From positions 20,896,001 through 20,960,000 of the forward strand of contig CM075988.1 in NCBI GenBank assembly GCA_038087875.1: a stretch of 64,000 nucleotides of DNA, written 5' to 3'. A program made the position numbers and the translations under genes. The stretch comes from Malacoraja senta (taxonomy: Eukaryota). How positions within the stretch are numbered: position 1 is the first letter of the stretch; the number at the start of each line of letters is the position of its first letter. A model generated the notes under the pieces. It was given only the letters and a program-made list of their open reading frames with translations, was not told the origin of the DNA and ran no database searches. This document shows, piece after piece, positions 60,938 through 64,000 of this stretch.

Positions 60938-61912
60938 AATCAAATCAAATCAAATCAACCTTTATTGTCATAAAGACGTTTCCCAGGGAATACCGGAGCA
61001 TCGCACATGAAATTTAAAACATTTCACACATAATAACACTGAAAACAATCCAGTCCCTGATGGAACAGTATAAATAGTTAAAAAGTAGGTAAAACAACAA
61101 CGTTAAAATACAGTAAAACCAATCATAAACATGTCCGGGGTGGCTGATTTGAGTGGCCAGTGCCAGTTATTGAAGTGGCCAGTGCCAGTTATTAAAGTGT
61201 CCGTGCCAAGCCGCAGAATCAGGTGACTGTGAGTACAGAGTGGCTGTTTAGCAGCCTCACAGCATATGGCAGGAAGCTGTTTCGCAGTCTTGTAGTCCGG
61301 GCTTTGATGCTGCGATATCTCTTGCCTGATGGCAGGAGATCCAGGTGTATGTGGAGGGGGTGCAGTTTGTCCTTAGCAATTCTCTGAGCTTTTTTCCGAC
61401 AGCGGCTCTGGAACAGTTCTTGTACCGAGGGTAGGGAGACGCCAATGATCTTCTCTGCTCCCCTCACTACCCTCTGCAGAGCCTTCCTGTCCGAGCAGTT
61501 GCAGGTGGAGTACCACGTATTTATGCAGTACAGACTCCACCGTACCCCTGTAGAAAGTCCTGAGGATGTTGGTGGGGAGTGAGGCCTGTTTTAGTTTCCT
61601 CAGGAAGTGCAGTCGCTGATGGGCCCCTTTGATGGTCCCCGTGGTGTTCCTGGACCAGGTGAGGCTGTCTGTAATTTGCACCTCGAGGAACTTTATGCTC
61701 TCCACTCTCTCCACTGATGTTAAGGGGTGCATGCTTTGGCTGCGCCCTCCTGAAGTCGACAACCATCTCCTTTGTTTTGTCGACATTTAATTCTAGATTA
61801 TTTTTGCCGCACCAGTCCACTAGTTGTTTTACTTCCTCCCTGTACATTGATTCATCATCTCCGCTGATGAGTCCCACCACTCTTGTGTCATCCGCGAATT
61901 TTATGATCTTAT
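60938..61912 (-). mobile_element. 5'-truncated Rex1/Babar-like LINE, second family
   Basis: IIKFADDTRVVGLI..LNVDKTKEMVVDFR, QRLHFLRKL and LLPSGKRYRSI with frameshifts; (TTTGA)n tail. Confidence 0.85.
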
Positions 61913-61929
61913 TGTCCCAGGACATATTG

Positions 61930-62550
61930 ACAGGTTACATCACGGTTCGGCAACTCTAAAGCCCAGGGACGAAGGAGAAAACAAAAAGTGGTGAACACTG
62001 CCCAGTCCATCACGGATACTGACCTCCCCACCATCGAAGGGATCTTTACAAGGTGCTCACAAAGGCAGCCAGCATCGTCAGGGGCCCACAACACCCTGGG
62101 CAAACTCTCATTCTACAGTGTATAGATACAGATTAAAGGGAATAATGTTTAGTGCAAGATAAATGATCAATGTTCATTCCAGTAATGTCCGATTAACGAT
62201 AGCCCGAGGGCCTCCAATGTGGGTAGAAGGTAGGTCAGGACCGCTCTCTAGTTGGTGATAGGATGGTTCAGTTGCTTGATAACAGCTGGGAAGGAAGTGC
62301 CCCTGAATCTGGAGGTGTGCATTATCACACTTCTGTACCTCTTGCCTGATGGGAGAGTGAAGAAGAGGGAGGGAGTGGTCCTTGATTATGCTGGTGGCCT
62401 TGCCAAAGCAACGTGAAGTGTGGATGGAGTCAAGGTTGGTTTGCGTGATGGTTTGGACTGCGTCCACAATTCTCTGCAATTACTTATGGTCTTGAACGGA
62501 GCTGTTCCCGATCCAGACTGTGATTCATCACGATAAAATCCTTTCCACAT
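61930..62550. mobile_element. Degenerate Rex1-like fragments in both orientations
   Basis: CAAAAAGTGGTGAACACTGCCCAGTCCATC on + (compare 48595); QRIVDAVQTIT..ATSIIKD on -. Confidence 0.65.
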
Positions 62551-62640
62551 CATTTCCTCTCATCTGTTCCTTAACCTTATTCCAGCTTCATCTTTCGGGA
62601 ATTTCTCCCCTATGCCCCATATGAATTATTCCCCAGCAAA

Positions 62641-62843
62641 GATGCTGCCTGTCCCGCTGAGTTACTCCAGCTTTTTGTGATATATCTCTCGTTTCCCTCA
62701 TCCCTAACCAGTCTAAAGAAGGGTCTCGAGCCGAAACGTCAGCCATTCTTTCTCTCTAGAGATGCTGCCTGACCTGCTGAGTTACTGCAGCTTTTTGTGT
62801 CTATCTTCGGTTTAAACCAGCATCTGCAGTTCCTTCTTACACA
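62641..62843 (+). mobile_element. PLE tail preceded by a partial direct copy
   Basis: GATGCTGCCTG..GCTGAGTTACT.CAGCTTTTTGTG occurs twice. Confidence 0.7.
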
Positions 62844-63657
62844 CTACACATCTCAACAGTTCATGCAGTCACTTACATGTTGTTTGTGGGAACATGCTGT
62901 GCATGGATGGTTTTCTATATTGCAATAGGAGTAATGCTTCTAAAGTATGGCGTTTGCTTTGAAGACTTCTCAGATGATGGAAGATGCAGCAGAAATGTAA
63001 GTCATCGAATTGTTCAGTCAGTCATTCATTCTTTCTTTATCTTTGTCTTTGTACATTTAACTACGTTTGCTGGATATTGAACTACATTGTTAAGCGTTCT
63101 TTAAAGGAGGAGACACATTTATGAAGCATGTTATAAAATTATGATTCATTGCAATCTGTTTTTTCTCTAATTCTGTTGACTTTCATTTGTAAAGTATTTA
63201 TGACTAAATACCAGGTGGAGATCGTATAGCTGGGGGAAATCAGGCTGGAAGAGGATCTAAATACAATTTGACTTACTGTACCAAAGAATTACTCATCATC
63301 CAGAATAGATAAAGAGTCCCTTGCAGTTATATGCAGGAGAATGTATCAAGTTGTGTAACATAGTCAGCCAGGACCTTTTACCCAGGATGTAAATATCAAA
63401 TACTAGAGGGCATAACTTTAAGGTGAGAGGGGCAAAGATTAAAGGAGATGTGCAGGGGCAAGTTTTTTCTATAGCGGGTGGAGGGTAGAATGTGCTGTTG
63501 GGGGTTGTGGTGGAGGCAGATACAATAATGACATTTAAGAGACCTTTAAATAGGCACATGGATATGCAGGGGATAGAGGAATATGGATTATGTGTAGGCA
63601 GATAAGAGCCGGTCTTGGCATCATATTTGGCACAGACATTGTGGGCCAAAGGGTATG

Positions 63658-63975
63658 TTTGGAGGAGCAGCACCTCATATTTCGCTTGGGCAGTTTACAC
63701 CCCAGCGGTATGAACATTGACTTCTCTAACTTCAGGTAGCCCTTGCGTTTTCTCCCCATCCCCTCCCCCTTCCCAGTTCCCCCACTAGTTTACTGTCTCT
63801 GCCTACATTCTTTGTGACTCCTGCCCCCTCCCCTGACATCAGTCTGAAGAAGGATCTCGACCTGAAACATCACCAATTCCTTCTCTTCATAAATGTTGCC
63901 TCACCCACTGAGTTACTCCAGCATTTTGTGTCTACCTTCGATTTTTCCAGCATCTGCAGTTCTTTCTTAAACACG
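63658..63975 (+). mobile_element. PLE: GIY-YIG ORF C-terminus plus 3' UTR
   Basis: LEEQHLIFRLGSLHPSGMNIDFSNFR*, a C-rich UTR, then CTGAAGAAGGATCTCGACCTGAAAC and the terminal consensus. Confidence 0.8.
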
Positions 63976-64000
63976 GGCATGTTCTTGCGTTGTACCGTTC

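Noticed and set aside
1..64000. Intact autonomous transposon or retrovirus
   Set aside because: No full-length RT/endonuclease, transposase, gag/pol/env or paired LTRs seen.

Overview
Eukaryotic, repeat-saturated non-coding DNA. The repeat content (HE1/V-SINE-type tRNA-derived SINEs, HER1/CR1-type LINE 3' ends) points to a cartilaginous fish, probably a skate or ray; this is inference. I find no convincing host-gene exon, rRNA, true tRNA or CRISPR array, and almost all ORFs in the supplied track are repeat-derived or spurious. Contents: (i) about 30 full or partial SINE copies; (ii) many 5'-truncated CR1 LINEs, the longest at about 47.6-50.4 kb; (iii) Rex1/Babar-like LINE fragments; (iv) about 25 Penelope-like element (PLE) 3' ends carrying a minimal hammerhead-ribozyme-like motif, often arranged as inverted pairs, plus a 66-bp minisatellite derived from them; (v) five PIF/Harbinger-type MITEs in three families with shared termini; (vi) a 1.9-kb TAG...CTA DNA transposon with a 7-bp TSD that carries an apparently spliced 114-aa Tudor/Spindlin-like ORF; (vii) several repeat-free AT-rich islands resembling developmental enhancers and a local 230-bp duplication. 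The hammerhead/PLE system and the transposon cargo gene are the best leads. Boundaries were read by eye and are approximate unless a TSD is quoted.
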